Assembly (NCBI RefSeq): GCF_020745735.1
Contig: NW_026867863.1
Coordinates: 800,504 to 864,503 of the forward strand
Length of the DNA: 64,000 nucleotides
DNA from: Hemiscyllium ocellatum
Lineage: Eukaryota
Reading direction: 5' to 3'
The stretch's first letter is position 1. The number at the start of each line of letters is the position of its first letter. Positions 1-12,149 of the stretch are shown one piece after another. The notes beneath the pieces were generated by a model. It was given only the letters and a program-made list of their open reading frames with translations, was not told the DNA's origin and did no database searches. Both the position numbers and the translations under genes were made by a program.

Positions 1-23
1 TCAGCCAGAGTCTTATTGAATGG

Positions 24-150
24 TGGAGAAAGTGAGGTCTGCAGATGCCGGATATCAGAGCTGAAAATGTGTTGCTGGAAAAGCGCAGCAGGTTAGGCAG
101 CATCCAAGGAACAGGAAATTCGACGTTTCGGGCATAAGCACTTCACCAGG
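24..150 (+). mobile_element. Short elasmobranch interspersed repeat (Penelope-associated terminus type)
   Basis: GCTGGAAAAGCGCAGCAGGTTAGGCAGCATCC...GACGTTTCGGGCATAAG motif, related to 31125-31260; family assignment recalled. Confidence 0.5.
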
Positions 151-536
151 AATGAGGAATGTGGGTCCAGCAGGCTAAGATAAAAGATAAGATCTCAATT
201 CCTCTACTTCTTTTCCTGCTAGGGTAGAGTGAGTTTTGCTCTATATCAAACCTGTGCATCATATGACTTCAATCTGCCTTTCTTAGTTGCATAATTACAT
301 GGAGTTTTTTTTTCTCTTATGTCAATAGCCTGGGCTTTGTCCAAAGTTTAAGATGTTTTTACTGACATTATTGATTTTCTGTATCCCATAGGGTAGATTC
401 ATTGCAGTCAGTAATGGAAAATATAGCAGATCAAATATAATGCTGTTAATTGGTCTCACATTTTTTAAAAGGGATAAATATATGCTGTTCTATGAACCAT
501 GGGTTTTAAAAGCCTTTTCAGTAGAGCCACTGCTGA

Positions 537-1126
537 TTTAGCAGAGGGATTGAATTCAAGAGTTCAAGAGTCGTGAAGTGATGTTGCAGCTGTTCAGGAC
601 TTTGGTTAGGCCACATTTGTATTACTCTGTGCAGTTCTGGTCGCCTCACTTTAGGAAAGATGTGGAAGCTTTGGAGAGGGTGCAGAGAAGATTTACCAGG
701 ATGTTGCCTGGAATGGAGAATTGGTCGTACGAGGATAGGTTGAGAGTTCTCGGCCTTTTCGCGTTTGAACGGCGAAGGATGAGGGGTGACTTGATAGAGG
801 TTTATAAGATGATCAGAGGAATAGATAGAGTAGACAGTCAGAGACTTTTCCCCCGGGTACAACAGAGTGTTACAAGGGGACATAAACTTAAGGTGAAGAG
901 TGGAAGGTATAGGGGAGATGTCAGGGGTGGGTTCTTTACCCAGAGAGTGGTGGGGCCATGGAATGCGCTGCCCTTGGGAGTGGTAGAGTCAGAATCATTG
1001 GCGAACTTTAAGCGGCAATTGGATAGGTACATGGATGGGTGCTTAATCTAGAATAGATGTTCAGCACAACCTCGTGGGCCGAAGGGCCTGTTCTGTGCTG
1101 TATTGTTCTATGTTCTATGTTCTATG
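537..1126 (+). mobile_element. CR1-type LINE 3' end (RT C-terminus plus tail)
   Basis: ORF 578-1051 LVRPHLYYSVQFWSPHFRKDVEALERVQRRFTRM; ends in (TTCTATG)n. Confidence 0.92.
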
Positions 1127-4100
1127 ATTTACTCAATGTGCTGGAGAACTCACTGATACTGAAACATCTATAATCTGCGATGAGGATAAAATACAAACTG
1201 ACTGGAACTGCAAATTATCAGAAAATTTAGGGAACCGTGAGAGACTGGGGAATAAGCTCAGAATACAGAGGCACTGCAAACCCAAATACCCATTGACAAA
1301 GCTTCTCGAGATGAACTATGATGTGGTTCTGCACTATTCGGCTCTGATCTCTGTTCAGAACCAATGCATCTCTGTCAAACCTATGTCGTTTGTAGAAAAA
1401 CATAATGTCTGCGAGAAGGCAACTACAAAGCTCTCTTGCGATAATGTGACGTGGTATCAAATGAAAGTTGGAGTATCTCCTTATAAGGCTTCTTGCATCG
1501 TTTCAAGTGGCAGCTGAATTTGGGGATCCGACATCTGTTACTATCGAATTGGATGAAATCTTGATCGTAGTTCCTTTATTTACATTTCCCTATCTTTTAG
1601 GTTTGCCACATTTCTTTCTTAAAGAGGCAATGGGTTTGAGATATTTTTAGTGCTGTCCATAGGATAGCCGTGCTCCTGCCACTGTACAACTTCATATTGA
1701 TATCTGCCTTTAAAAATAATCTGAATCTATGATCACATTCTGATGCAGGGACTGAGCAGGTCTCATAATAGAATGACTAACTCTTCAACTGCTGTAAACC
1801 AATTTTCAAACTGGCATCATCAGAAAGGTGCTTTTGGTGCCACATTCACTGTTCAGAATAACAATTATTTTTTTCTTAATTTAATTAATAATGTGTTGTT
1901 TGCATGTGCATGTGGTTTGTCTCTGTTTTTGGTCCTCAATGGCTTTTATATTCTTGCTGTGTAGGATCAAAGGCAAAGTAATACGATTCTTCTCTCTCCA
2001 CAATGTCGTTGTTGCTGATTTTCCTCTGAGACCAGTACAGAACGCTACCAGTTCATTGTAAGCCTGATATATTGCAGTTCAGTTTCACCTACGCCAGCTG
2101 GTACAACATGGAAATTTGAGTATTGTTCAAAATAAAGTTTATTTTTAAATTTAAGATTTTAATATTGTACTTAACAGGACACTCTAAAGAATACTAATGG
2201 AAAGCGAGAAAACATGAGCAATGAGTGTGGATTGGTGAAGACATGTAGAATGGACCAGGTGATGATTCGCATTTAACTGCCAATGCTTGTTGTGGCTTGT
2301 TTTGATTCGACAAAATTGTGATGACCATTCCCTGATTCATTTGGCAGAGCAACACCTTGCCCACTCAGGCAACCTGCCAATTGAAAATTTGACAAAGTTT
2401 ACCTGCCGACTGTCCGTCACCATCTGACCAGTCCATTTTCCATTGGTAACATCTCGAACAGTCATTGTGCACTTCCAAAACATCAGAAATCTTTTCTTGT
2501 GCAGTGTAAGATGTTGGTTCCCTTTATGTCAAAATTCTTGCAGCTATCCTGATGAATGCGAGGCAAAACAACAAAAAATGCTTAATTTCTGTATTTGGAA
2601 ACAACCCTTTGAATATGGGAAACCTTTGCTAATAGAGTATCCAACATTCAGCTGATATGATGGAAACGGAACAAGTTTTAGAAATTGAAATGACTTAACC
2701 CTCTGACAAGCCCAATTTGTTCATGCAAATCCTTTTTGAATATTGTATCAGTGTGGCTGTTGAAAGAAAGCTTGGGAAAATTGTTTATTTCTGTAAACTG
2801 CTATTTAATGAACTGCTGAAACTATGGAAAATATATTTTATTGCATTTACAAATCTAAGATATCTTGTGAAATCAGGAGATGTACACAGCGCAAATAAAA
2901 ATCCCATTTAATGCTGGCCTGAACAAGAATGGTAAACTTAAATTTCTGCTTATAGAGAAAGGTCTGAGATTTTAACTGGCTAACTCTCATTAAATGTATT
3001 CAATTTAAATTTAGTTCTATCTCTAAATTCTTTAAGGCTTTGATCAACACTCTCTCTTGTACCCTTTATATAACACTCTGATCTTTGCTTCTCTGATTGA
3101 ATTATGTCTTATTTTTGTCCATGAGTATGGTCAAGCCTCTTTCATTCGCTGTAGTCTATGATAAACTTCCTCAGATTCCCTCTGGTACTCATTCACTCTT
3201 TGAAAGCTTGCCTAAAAACTTGTTTACTGTTTTACGGTGCATCCTCTTCCAGTTAAAGCTACTCATAAATGTGAGTATTTAATGTCTACATTGGCAAATT
3301 TAATTAATACTTATTGGAATCTATCTGCTAAACCTTTAGCAAAACTGAACCAACAAACAGCTTCAAACTGTGCACACGCCCAACACAAAACATTGCTGCC
3401 TCTCATTGACTTTTCAAATGCACTGCTCCATTCCAAATAGCAGACCACCCTTTGTCATTCGTAGAAATTTGTTTCTGATGGATGTAAGTGGTTTTTCTGT
3501 ACCTCCGTCATTTTTGGTGGACTCATATCAAGTTACACTTTGGAATTTGATGGTAAGGCCAAGATTGTTTATATTGATCCAGTTTCCCAGCCCTTCGTGT
3601 TCTTGAGAATTGGAATGGGACTGGGTTCTATCAGCCCTCTAAGGATAGGCTGCAGGGTCAATAGGTGGATAAGAGGTTGGAAGATGCCTGGGGAAGGAAG
3701 GAGATTCAGTGCCTCCCTTATTACCACCTCTGTATCTCCGTAATATTTTATTGATCCCAAATTAGGGAACGGATAGCCACTCAGGTGGTCAATGTAGAGT
3801 CTGTTGCCGCCAATGCTGGCAGTTTACTTGCAGTAGGTGGGTCTTCCATTGTGTGGGTGTCCTCCTCCTGCATCCTAGATGCACGCCTGCAGGATGCCCC
3901 TGCTAAAGAAGTACCTCATGGCTCACAACAGGATAGCCCATCTGCATACTTGAACAGTCTCCTGTCCATGGCAGCGATCATTACAGGAACTGGAAATCAA
4001 AGTAATTGAGTGAAAGATGCCGTGAGGCCTCGAGTGTCCACAACATTCCCAGGACCAGGTTGGCAGGCCCTCCTGAGGCCATTAATGATTCAACAAAATC

Positions 4101-5599
4101 CCCCATTTGGTTCATGGGCAACGGGGTAATCTTTCTCCGAGGAAGAGTATTGTGATTACTGCTGTTTCAGTGAAGAGTGGCCACGAGATAAAATCATTTG
4201 CATTCAGTGTTGTACACTTTTGTGTCTTTTTTTGTGAAATTCTTTATAATTCCTCGAAATATTCTTAATGCACTGTTTGCTTCATAGCATAGTGATTTTC
4301 TACATAGGATGACAGAGGGAATACAGAACAGAAACAGAGCATTTGGCTTAATCAGTTCATGTCAGTGGTTATGCTCCACTCAAGCTGTTTCAAATCTTTT
4401 GTCATCTTAGTCGCCCATTACAATTCTCTATTCCTATCCCTTCCAAGTGCTCACCTAGATTCTTTGAAATACATCTAAACTATTGATGTGAACTATTCTG
4501 TCTGGTCACATATTCCCCATTCTGGTCATTCTTTCAGTGAGGAGGTTTCTTCTGAGGCACTGTCTTATATTTTCAGCCTCTAATTATATTCTACCCCATA
4601 GAGAAATGTTTTCTTGGTACGTTCCCTTTTCAAAATCTTTCATATTTTTAGAACTGTCAGCCTTCTTTTCAAGAGAGAAGTGAACAGCACGACAATTATT
4701 CCCTGATATACACAGCCATAAACTTGTTTATCATTTTGTAAACCTTCTCTTCACTTCTTCTCGTACATTCTATAATGCGTCAACTGGAACTGCAGGCAAT
4801 AACCTTAATTGTAGTCAACCAATTTTTATAAGGACCCTACTTTCAAATCTATCACTTTAGAGATAAAGCTTAGAGCTTTGTTTGCATTTTTATGGTCTTT
4901 GGAACCATTGATAAAATTGTTAGTGACTGATGTAATTGTCTTAGATCCCTTTGTTTGTCTCACTCACTTAAACGTGCATATTTGAACAAGACATAACACC
5001 TTACGTTTATGAGTGTGTGGTTATTCTTTTGCTAATTATTTGGCCATACTGGAAGTTAATTATTGACAGGTTGCAACTTCTTGTATTCCTCAGAGTTGGC
5101 TATCTTTCAACATTCCTCGTCAAATTTGGTGTCTTTGAAATGCTAAACATTTTTGTAATAATTACAGACAATATTTAATTTGCAGTTTTACTTGGTTTTG
5201 ATTTTTTGGCTTAAGTACCTAGAGAGGTGCAGTAATCTGCACAGTAAAGTAACAACGAAACGGAAAATGACAGACAGATAAAAATTATTACCAACACAGG
5301 GCTAATTAATAGGCTCTGTGAACTGCAAGAACAAAATAGGGAATTATTTTTACACGAATGATATGGAGAGATTATCCGTAGTGTAATTACTTTTTGATCA
5401 TTTCTTTTGGTTGCATTTTATTTCCCCAGGTCTTTCTGTGCGACTGGTATCAAATTGAAAGGGCACCCACCCTCCATTTTAAACTAACTGATGGTAAAAA
5501 GAAATGATTTACGAAGCCATCGCTCCAGGCTTATACATATCCGCAGCCACCTAGAGTAATGCATGGTGTGGCTGATTAGGCTGTGGCTGATTTCCCTGC

Positions 5600-6010
5600 A
5601 GCGTTGGAGGCTTAGGGGTGACTTTATAAATGTTCATCAAATCATGAGCGGCATGGAGACTATGAATATAAAATTGCTCTTCCCTGGGGTGAGCAGAGTC
5701 TCACTTTAAACCTATGCTCGTGAGTGTAGGTTTAGGGTGAGAAGGGGAAACGATGAAAGTACCTTAGGAGTGACTTTTTCATGCAGAGGAGGGGGGTATT
5801 TGGAATGAACTGCCAGAGGAAGTGATGGAGGCTGTTGCAATTTCAACATTTAGAAAGCATCTGAATGTGTATATGAACAGGAAGGGTTTAGAGGGATATG
5901 GGCCAAGTACTGGCAAATGGGAATAGATTAGTTGAAGATATCCGGTCAACATGGACGAGTGAGACCAAACGTTTGTTTCCAAATTGTACATCTCTATGAT
6001 TCTATGACTC
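5600..6010 (+). mobile_element. CR1 LINE 3' fragment
   Basis: GGGGTGACTTTATAAATGTT...ATTTAGAAAGCATCTG...CTCTATGATTCTATGACTCT tail, similar to 537-1126. Confidence 0.75.
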
Positions 6011-6149
6011 TACTCCTTTGCTGTTAATGTACCCGGAGAATCTCTTTGGATTATCTTTAACATTATCTACCAAGTCTTTCCCATTTTTCCTTTCATCACC
6101 TCCTCACCTCCCTGTTTAGAATGCTCCTACATCTCTTGTACTCTTTGAT

Positions 6150-6900
6150 ATTCACTTGATCTCATTTATCTATGTCTATTATAAGAATCGTTCTTCTTCT
6201 TAACCAGAGCCTCAATATCTTTATTTCTCCAGTATTCCATCCTCTTACCAGCTTTACCTTGACTCTAACAGGATCATCAAGCCTCTAAACTCTTATTATC
6301 TCACTCCTAAAAGCCTCGCTCTTGCTGGCCATCTCTTTAGCTGCAGAAAGTCTACTCCAATCAACATTTGAAAGTTTTTGTCTCATACTATCAAAATTTG
6401 CCCTAGCCCAATCAAGAACATTAACTTATATATAATACCAATCTTTTCTATTGGTATTTTACAACTAATTAAATTAATGTCCCGGCCCCAAACTGCTCCC
6501 CTACTAACCCTTCAGTCACTTGCCCTGCCTGAAACCAGAGGTTTGCTCATTCTATGGTAGTTTCATCGGCATATTAATGAAGACAAATTCCTTCAACACT
6601 TAACGGTTTCCTCAGCATCCGAGCTCTTAAGATCATGCCTGTCCCACTTTATGTTTGGAAGGTTAAAATTTGCTGTTATTAAAATCCTAAAATTCTTACG
6701 TATACATGAGATCTGTCAACATATTTGCTACTCAATTTCATTCAGACCACCAGGGGGACTATTACAATAACATCAAATTAATTGTGCTTTCCTTATTTCT
6801 GAGTCTCATCCACATAGGTTTACTGGACCATCCCTCACAAATACCTTCTGTTAGAAGAGCTCTAATACTTCACCACAATTAAAATTGCTTCCAATCTCCT
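6150..6900 (-). mobile_element. Degraded CR1 LINE ORF2 fragment
   Basis: Antisense similarity to the CR1 copies at 12150-13700 and 45690-47600. Confidence 0.5.
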
Positions 6901-9113
6901 TTTAACTCTTCCTACTTCTGCTGTACCTTTGATGGTGTGAGTTGCCCTTGAGGACTTCGAACATAAATTATTCAATTTACTGGTGATGGTTAGTACCTGA
7001 AAATAAAGATACTATGCGTGACTTGGTGATGGGAAGTAAATATGTTACCTTGTGTGGAAGGAAGGTTCTGGATATAAACAACATTTTTGTAAATAAAACA
7101 AACTCCATTCTGTCTGCGCAGTTTTTTTCGTACACTGGTTTACCTTCAGCATATTTTCCTTATATTTTGATTAGTTCAAATTCATCTCATCCGCTGTTTT
7201 ATACTTGTCAGCGCTTTGTTAACGGGTGTTTGCTGTTTCACAATGTATGTCGCCTTATCGTGTACGCTCTGGGAATTCAGTATTTGTAGTGTTTGTTGTT
7301 TCAACCTGTGCCTTGGTCTATTAGGCAAAATTACAGAAAAATGTTAATAGCAATTTAAGTTAAAATGTTAGGATATCGGAAGAACAGCTAAGCGCTTCAA
7401 AATATAACAGAGGGTTTTTGAGAAAAGACATGGAAAGCAGCAGGGTTTCCAGTCCGTTTGATCGCTGCCTTCCCTTATCGAAATCAACCTGTGATTTATC
7501 ATTTTTGAGGATTGTTGTCCATTAATATTGGTGCATCAGATAGATCTCAGTCTCGAGCGGGTGTGACATGCCTCTTTGTTTTATGATGAACTCAGGGGTA
7601 CATATAATATTAAGGGTGTAAATCCAAAGTGGTGCAGGAGCAGAGGATCCTCCGTTATATGTGCATAAATCAGAGAATGTACCATGACAGGTGGACGGAA
7701 GAACAATAAAACTTACTTCAAGTACGCTGTAATTATGTTAAACTGAAATAAAACAGTCGCTTGTCTCACCTGAACTAAAGCATCCAGTTTCAGAAGCCAC
7801 ATTTTTAAAATACGCAAATCTATGAGACAGGCTGCGTGCCGCATTCACAACACTGTTCCTGGGATGATGTACCTTACGGTTTCTGAGAAATTGGAACTGT
7901 TCCCCACTGCTGAACATGTGAATAGTTGCTATGATTGGTTCTCAATTCCATCTTGCGTCATATAGATTGCAACGGTTGAATATTTCTAGCACTTCTTGAG
8001 CTCTGCCTTGTCTGATCGACATCGACCACTGATTTATTATTTTTGAGGGCTTCTGTTCAGTAATATCCCTGAGTTAGAGAGACCTCAGTCTCTTTTTCTG
8101 GGATTTGACAGATATGGTGTTTCAAATAGATCCCAGAAATTGTTCTCCGTGACATTTAAATGTGAGAAAAACCCCAGTTCTGAGAATTCGCACTTGGATT
8201 GTGCACGTGTTGTTTCTGAATACCTGACTGAACGGTGACATTTTTGGCTGATGAATGTTTCGTTGGGTGTGTAAGGTGGTGATTTGTGCATAACTAATCC
8301 ACGCTGTTGCAACTTTTGGAGTAAATTTACTTTAGACAATGTAGAGTAAAGTTTCAATCTCCGTTGCCTGCCTTTTATAGGCTTCTGGCGGAGCAACGCT
8401 CCAAATTTGTATCATTATGTATATCAAGGCTGTGACCGTTAATGCGAAAGAGGAAAAGTTCTCTAATCATTTTGTTTCCGGTGTGTTCCACGAGGCATAT
8501 CGTGATAAGTGGGCCACGTGGTGGCGCAGCATTCACCTAAATGACTGGATGAAACACAACCAAACAAAATAAGTGAAGGTATTTCGCTGGGAAAGGAGTG
8601 TGGGGACGTGAGAAAATGTGTTATTACTGACTGACCTTGAAGCAACAATTAAGCAAACTCAAGGTTAGTGCATATTCATTCGAGATTATTTAACCATTTT
8701 AGAAGGCATTTTTTATCCAAAACGTTGATGTAAAAGATAACAGAAGCAAATACTGTGGCTGGATGCCGCATTGAGACAAGAACGCATGCGCTGTGAGCTG
8801 TGAACTTTCTGTGTATCTGTAACAGTCACCAGAAATGGAATACAATGGCTCATCACCATTTTGAATAATGAACAAATAAAAACAAAACAAATAGGCTTCA
8901 AACAAAGGGGAAGCTACAAGTTCTTTCAACCACAATCATTACAACGATATCAAAGGATATAATAGGAAAACCCATCAATAATTGTCTCAGTTACACGCTG
9001 ATAAACTGAAGTGATCTCAGCAAGTGAACAGTCAGCAACAGGGCTGATTGTCGATATGGAATTCAGCGACCTTGTTATGCAGATCAGGAAAACCTACGGG
9101 GTCGACAACTCAT

Positions 9114-9122
9114 TCACTTTAC
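9114..9122 (-). pseudogene. Ig heavy chain TM2 exon (V-K-stop)
   Basis: Minus strand TTTATCTCCCTTTTCCAG|GTA AAG TGA, about 140 bp after TM1. Confidence 0.8.
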
Positions 9123-9261
9123 CTGGAAAAGGGAGATAAAACAATGATGCAGATGCTTATGGTCAGGAGCATTCAGATTCAATTTTTATTCAATGGCACA
9201 CTTAGAGATTTCACAAAACATATTCGGCTGCTTGGCGTGTGAAAGATGTTATTATTCTGAC

Positions 9262-9390
9262 ATTCACCAGAGTGGCAGCAGCGCTGTAAAAAGGTACTCA
9301 GGAAGAATAGGGTGATGAATGTGGAAGCAGTTGTACAGATGTTGCTGTTATCATCTTCATAATCTTCAATCCAAGTGTGATCTATTGAAC
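9262..9390 (-). pseudogene. Ig heavy chain TM1 exon, frameshifted
   Basis: Acceptor TTTATATTCGTAG| then SIDHTWIEDYEDDNSNICTTASTFITLFFLSTF, +1 T, then YSAAATLVN (CART-like motif); donor reads GTCAGA. Confidence 0.9.
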
Positions 9391-9960
9391 CTACGAATAT
9401 AAAGACGAGAGAACACACTTAAATAGTTAATTGACCCAGTCCGATCTATCTGCATCTAAGTTATGTAATTAGAGACCATTACATGTTCAGGAAGTAGTCA
9501 GACATTTATCAAACGTGACTCTGTTAGCTGTATCTATTAGAGCATTACTGATTCTCAGCAGGAACTTACAAATTCTAACTGCACATGTTCTTTCATCACT
9601 GACTGTCAGAACATTTCAAATTACTTTTTCTTTTAATCTATTATTGAAGAATATTATTATTTGAGGAATGGATATTAGGAACGAGTATCGTAATTATTTC
9701 CTTATATTTTAAATATAGGATGAGCCCCTCATAATACGTGTGAAGAATTTAGATCCATACTTGCAAAGGCAAGACACACAAGGCAATGGATCAAGTGCTG
9801 GCACATGAGACTGGAATAGTTAGGTGGCTGTTATTTATAGGATGGACCAAAGAGCTTTTTCCTGTGCTGTATAAGGCGAATCTTTTAAAAATGTTATAAA
9901 TAATGCCTTACTCATGTTAATCACAGATGTTTTGTTTATCTAATTTACCACAACACTTAC

Positions 9961-10256
9961 CCTGACATGGCATTTCTTTGCTCTTGTGCGACCCGCTGTG
10001 TTAAACCAGTAGATTTTGCTGGGGTAATCTACTGTTGACCCGGGCAGGGTTAATTGGCTGCGCTGGGTGTAGGTTCCCTTGTTGTATACCACTGATGGGT
10101 AAGTCTTCAATCCAATCGTGATTAGCTCTCCACCTTTATTAAAGATTACCTTGGTTATTTCAGGGAAATAGTCCATCGCCAAACAACCAAAGATCACAGA
10201 ACCGGTATCGTGGTCATGACAGGACAAGAGCAGGCCATAAAGCGTGGGGGAGACGG
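9961..10256 (-). pseudogene. IGHM: IgM CH1 exon, pseudo (cluster A)
   Basis: [13 protein letters not shown]...[15 protein letters not shown]...YTQRSQLTL; 9-nt deletion removes the acceptor AG (vs 50942-50950); 4-nt deletion destroys the second Cys; GTAAGT donor intact. Confidence 0.93.
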
Positions 10257-10604
10257 GATAGAATGACCAATTGAGCACATTAGGTTCTGTTAATTTGTCC
10301 TTGTCAGTTACTCAAATGTATCCTCAGCTGTACAAGTTTGCCAGTATGCTCCTGCTGAAGTCTACAGCGTAACTGGAGTTTATTTTTGTTTCTTACCAGT
10401 TGTTGATCATGCTGTATTGATTCCCTCTTCAGAAACAAGCCCTCTAACATGACCATTACCATAAGATTTATGAAGAAGAACATCCTGATCCCACTACCAG
10501 TAACTATTTGAAAATCTCACCAACTGACATTTTCACTGGGTTGCAAGTGAAGAACGGAGAGGTTTCACAAAATACAAACCAAGTAAATACGGATTCATCA
10601 AAAT

Positions 10605-10895
10605 TCGACAGTGTGTGCAAACAGGCCATTTGACCCAACAAGTCGACAATCACCCTTTGAAAAATATCCTATCCAGACACATTTCACCCTGACTAATGGA
10701 CCTAACCTCCCAATCCCTAAATGCAACATGACGAAGTCACCCAGTTTGCACATGTTTGAACTTTGGGAGGAAACCCTGACAGACATGAGGAGAAAGTACA
10801 AACTCTTCACAGACAATCAGCCGAGGCTGGAATCGAACAAGAGTCCCTACGACTGCGAGGCAGCAATGCTGATCACCGAACCAGCACGCCACCCC
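10605..10895 (-). mobile_element. tRNA-derived elasmobranch SINE (HE1-like)
   Basis: GC-rich head with tRNA-box-like motifs and CR1-like tail GGCCTGTTT; same position as 50245-50600 in cluster B. Confidence 0.75.
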
Positions 10896-11339
10896 ACTAT
10901 GCACTGTGCAGCTGGAAATCACAAACAAAATTGCTTGGAATTGCTTGACAAACCCGAAAAGCTGGCAGTGTTTCTGGCGATAAATCCAAGTGAATGGTTC
11001 AGGTCCAGTGATCGTTGTTCATTTATCAAAACAAGGCAGAATGTCGTCTCTGGGAAGGTCACTGCAGCAGCAGCACAGGCAGGAGCTGAGCACTGAGACT
11101 GGAGGATGTCTGTCACTGCTGACCTCATGCCAATTGTCTGGAGGTTGAAACTTGTAATTTACAATTATCTGAAGTCTGGTGGCTTCTGAAAAATGGAGGA
11201 CTCATAAAGGTTCAGAGACTTTGGAGCATTTCAGCTAACTGAGCCGACAATGTACGTAAATCTGATTTGAAAAAATAAAAGTACTCTTTAACTTTAATAA
11301 CTGTCAAACTGACACGCAGTTCACTACCAAAACTCTCAT

Positions 11340-11880
11340 CTGTCACAGACAAACAAATGTTCTCCCTCCCTATCCAGACATGAATTTCCACACACATTGA
11401 CAAACCTTACCCTGTTACACACAATTCGTGGCCGGAGTACAGCACCCCTTTCACAAGAAACACATCCAAGGCAATCCATATCGGTAGGGTAGATGAGCAG
11501 AGATATCCTTGCGTCCATGTACATAGATCCCTAAAAGTTGCCAGGCTCGTTGATAGGAATGTTAGGAAGTCATACTTTGAGTTGGCTTGCATTGGAAGAA
11601 GGGCTGAGATTCAAAACCATGACATCGTGCTGCAGCTGTACAAAAAACTGGTGTGGCCGTACTTGGAGTATTGTGGTCACCACATTATAGGAAGAATGTG
11701 GAAGCTTTGGAAAGAGTTCAGTGGAGGTTTAACAGAATGTTGTCTGGTGTGGAGGGAGGTTTAATGAGGAAAGGATGAGGGAATTGAGGTTGTTTTTGTT
11801 TGAGAGAACAAGGTTGCGAAGTGACTTAATTTAGACATATAAGACAATCAGAGGGTTCGATAGGGTGGATAGGGAGTCTT
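11340..11880 (+). mobile_element. CR1 LINE fragment
   Basis: IVLQLYKKLVWPYLEYC remnant; matches 49330-49800 in cluster B. Confidence 0.8.
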
Positions 11881-12014
11881 TTGTGATTTACACATGAAAG
11901 AAGTTAAACTATCACTGTATTCTAACAGATGAAATGCTTAACAGTCAATCAATTTTTCAATGTATAATTTCAGTTATGGCACACTGAAAAGTTTTGCTAT
12001 AAGTTCTGTGTTAC

Positions 12015-12122
12015 GATCGAGCACTCCACAATCACCTGATGAAGGAGCGTCGGTCCGAAAGCTAGTGTGCTTCCAATTAAACCTGCTGGACAATAACATG
12101 GTGTTGAGTGATTTTTAACTTT
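12015..12122 (-). mobile_element. Short repeat (Penelope-associated terminus type)
   Basis: Antisense AAAAATCACTCAACACCATGTTATTGTCCAGCAGGTTTAATTGGAAGCACACTAGCTTTCGG; same family as 20355-20472. Confidence 0.6.
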
Positions 12123-12149
12123 GCTTTCCTAGTATATGCTTATAGAGTT

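Noticed and set aside
1965-2660. Exon-like stretches after acceptor-like sites (1965, ~2543)
   Set aside because: In-frame stops and no recognisable protein similarity
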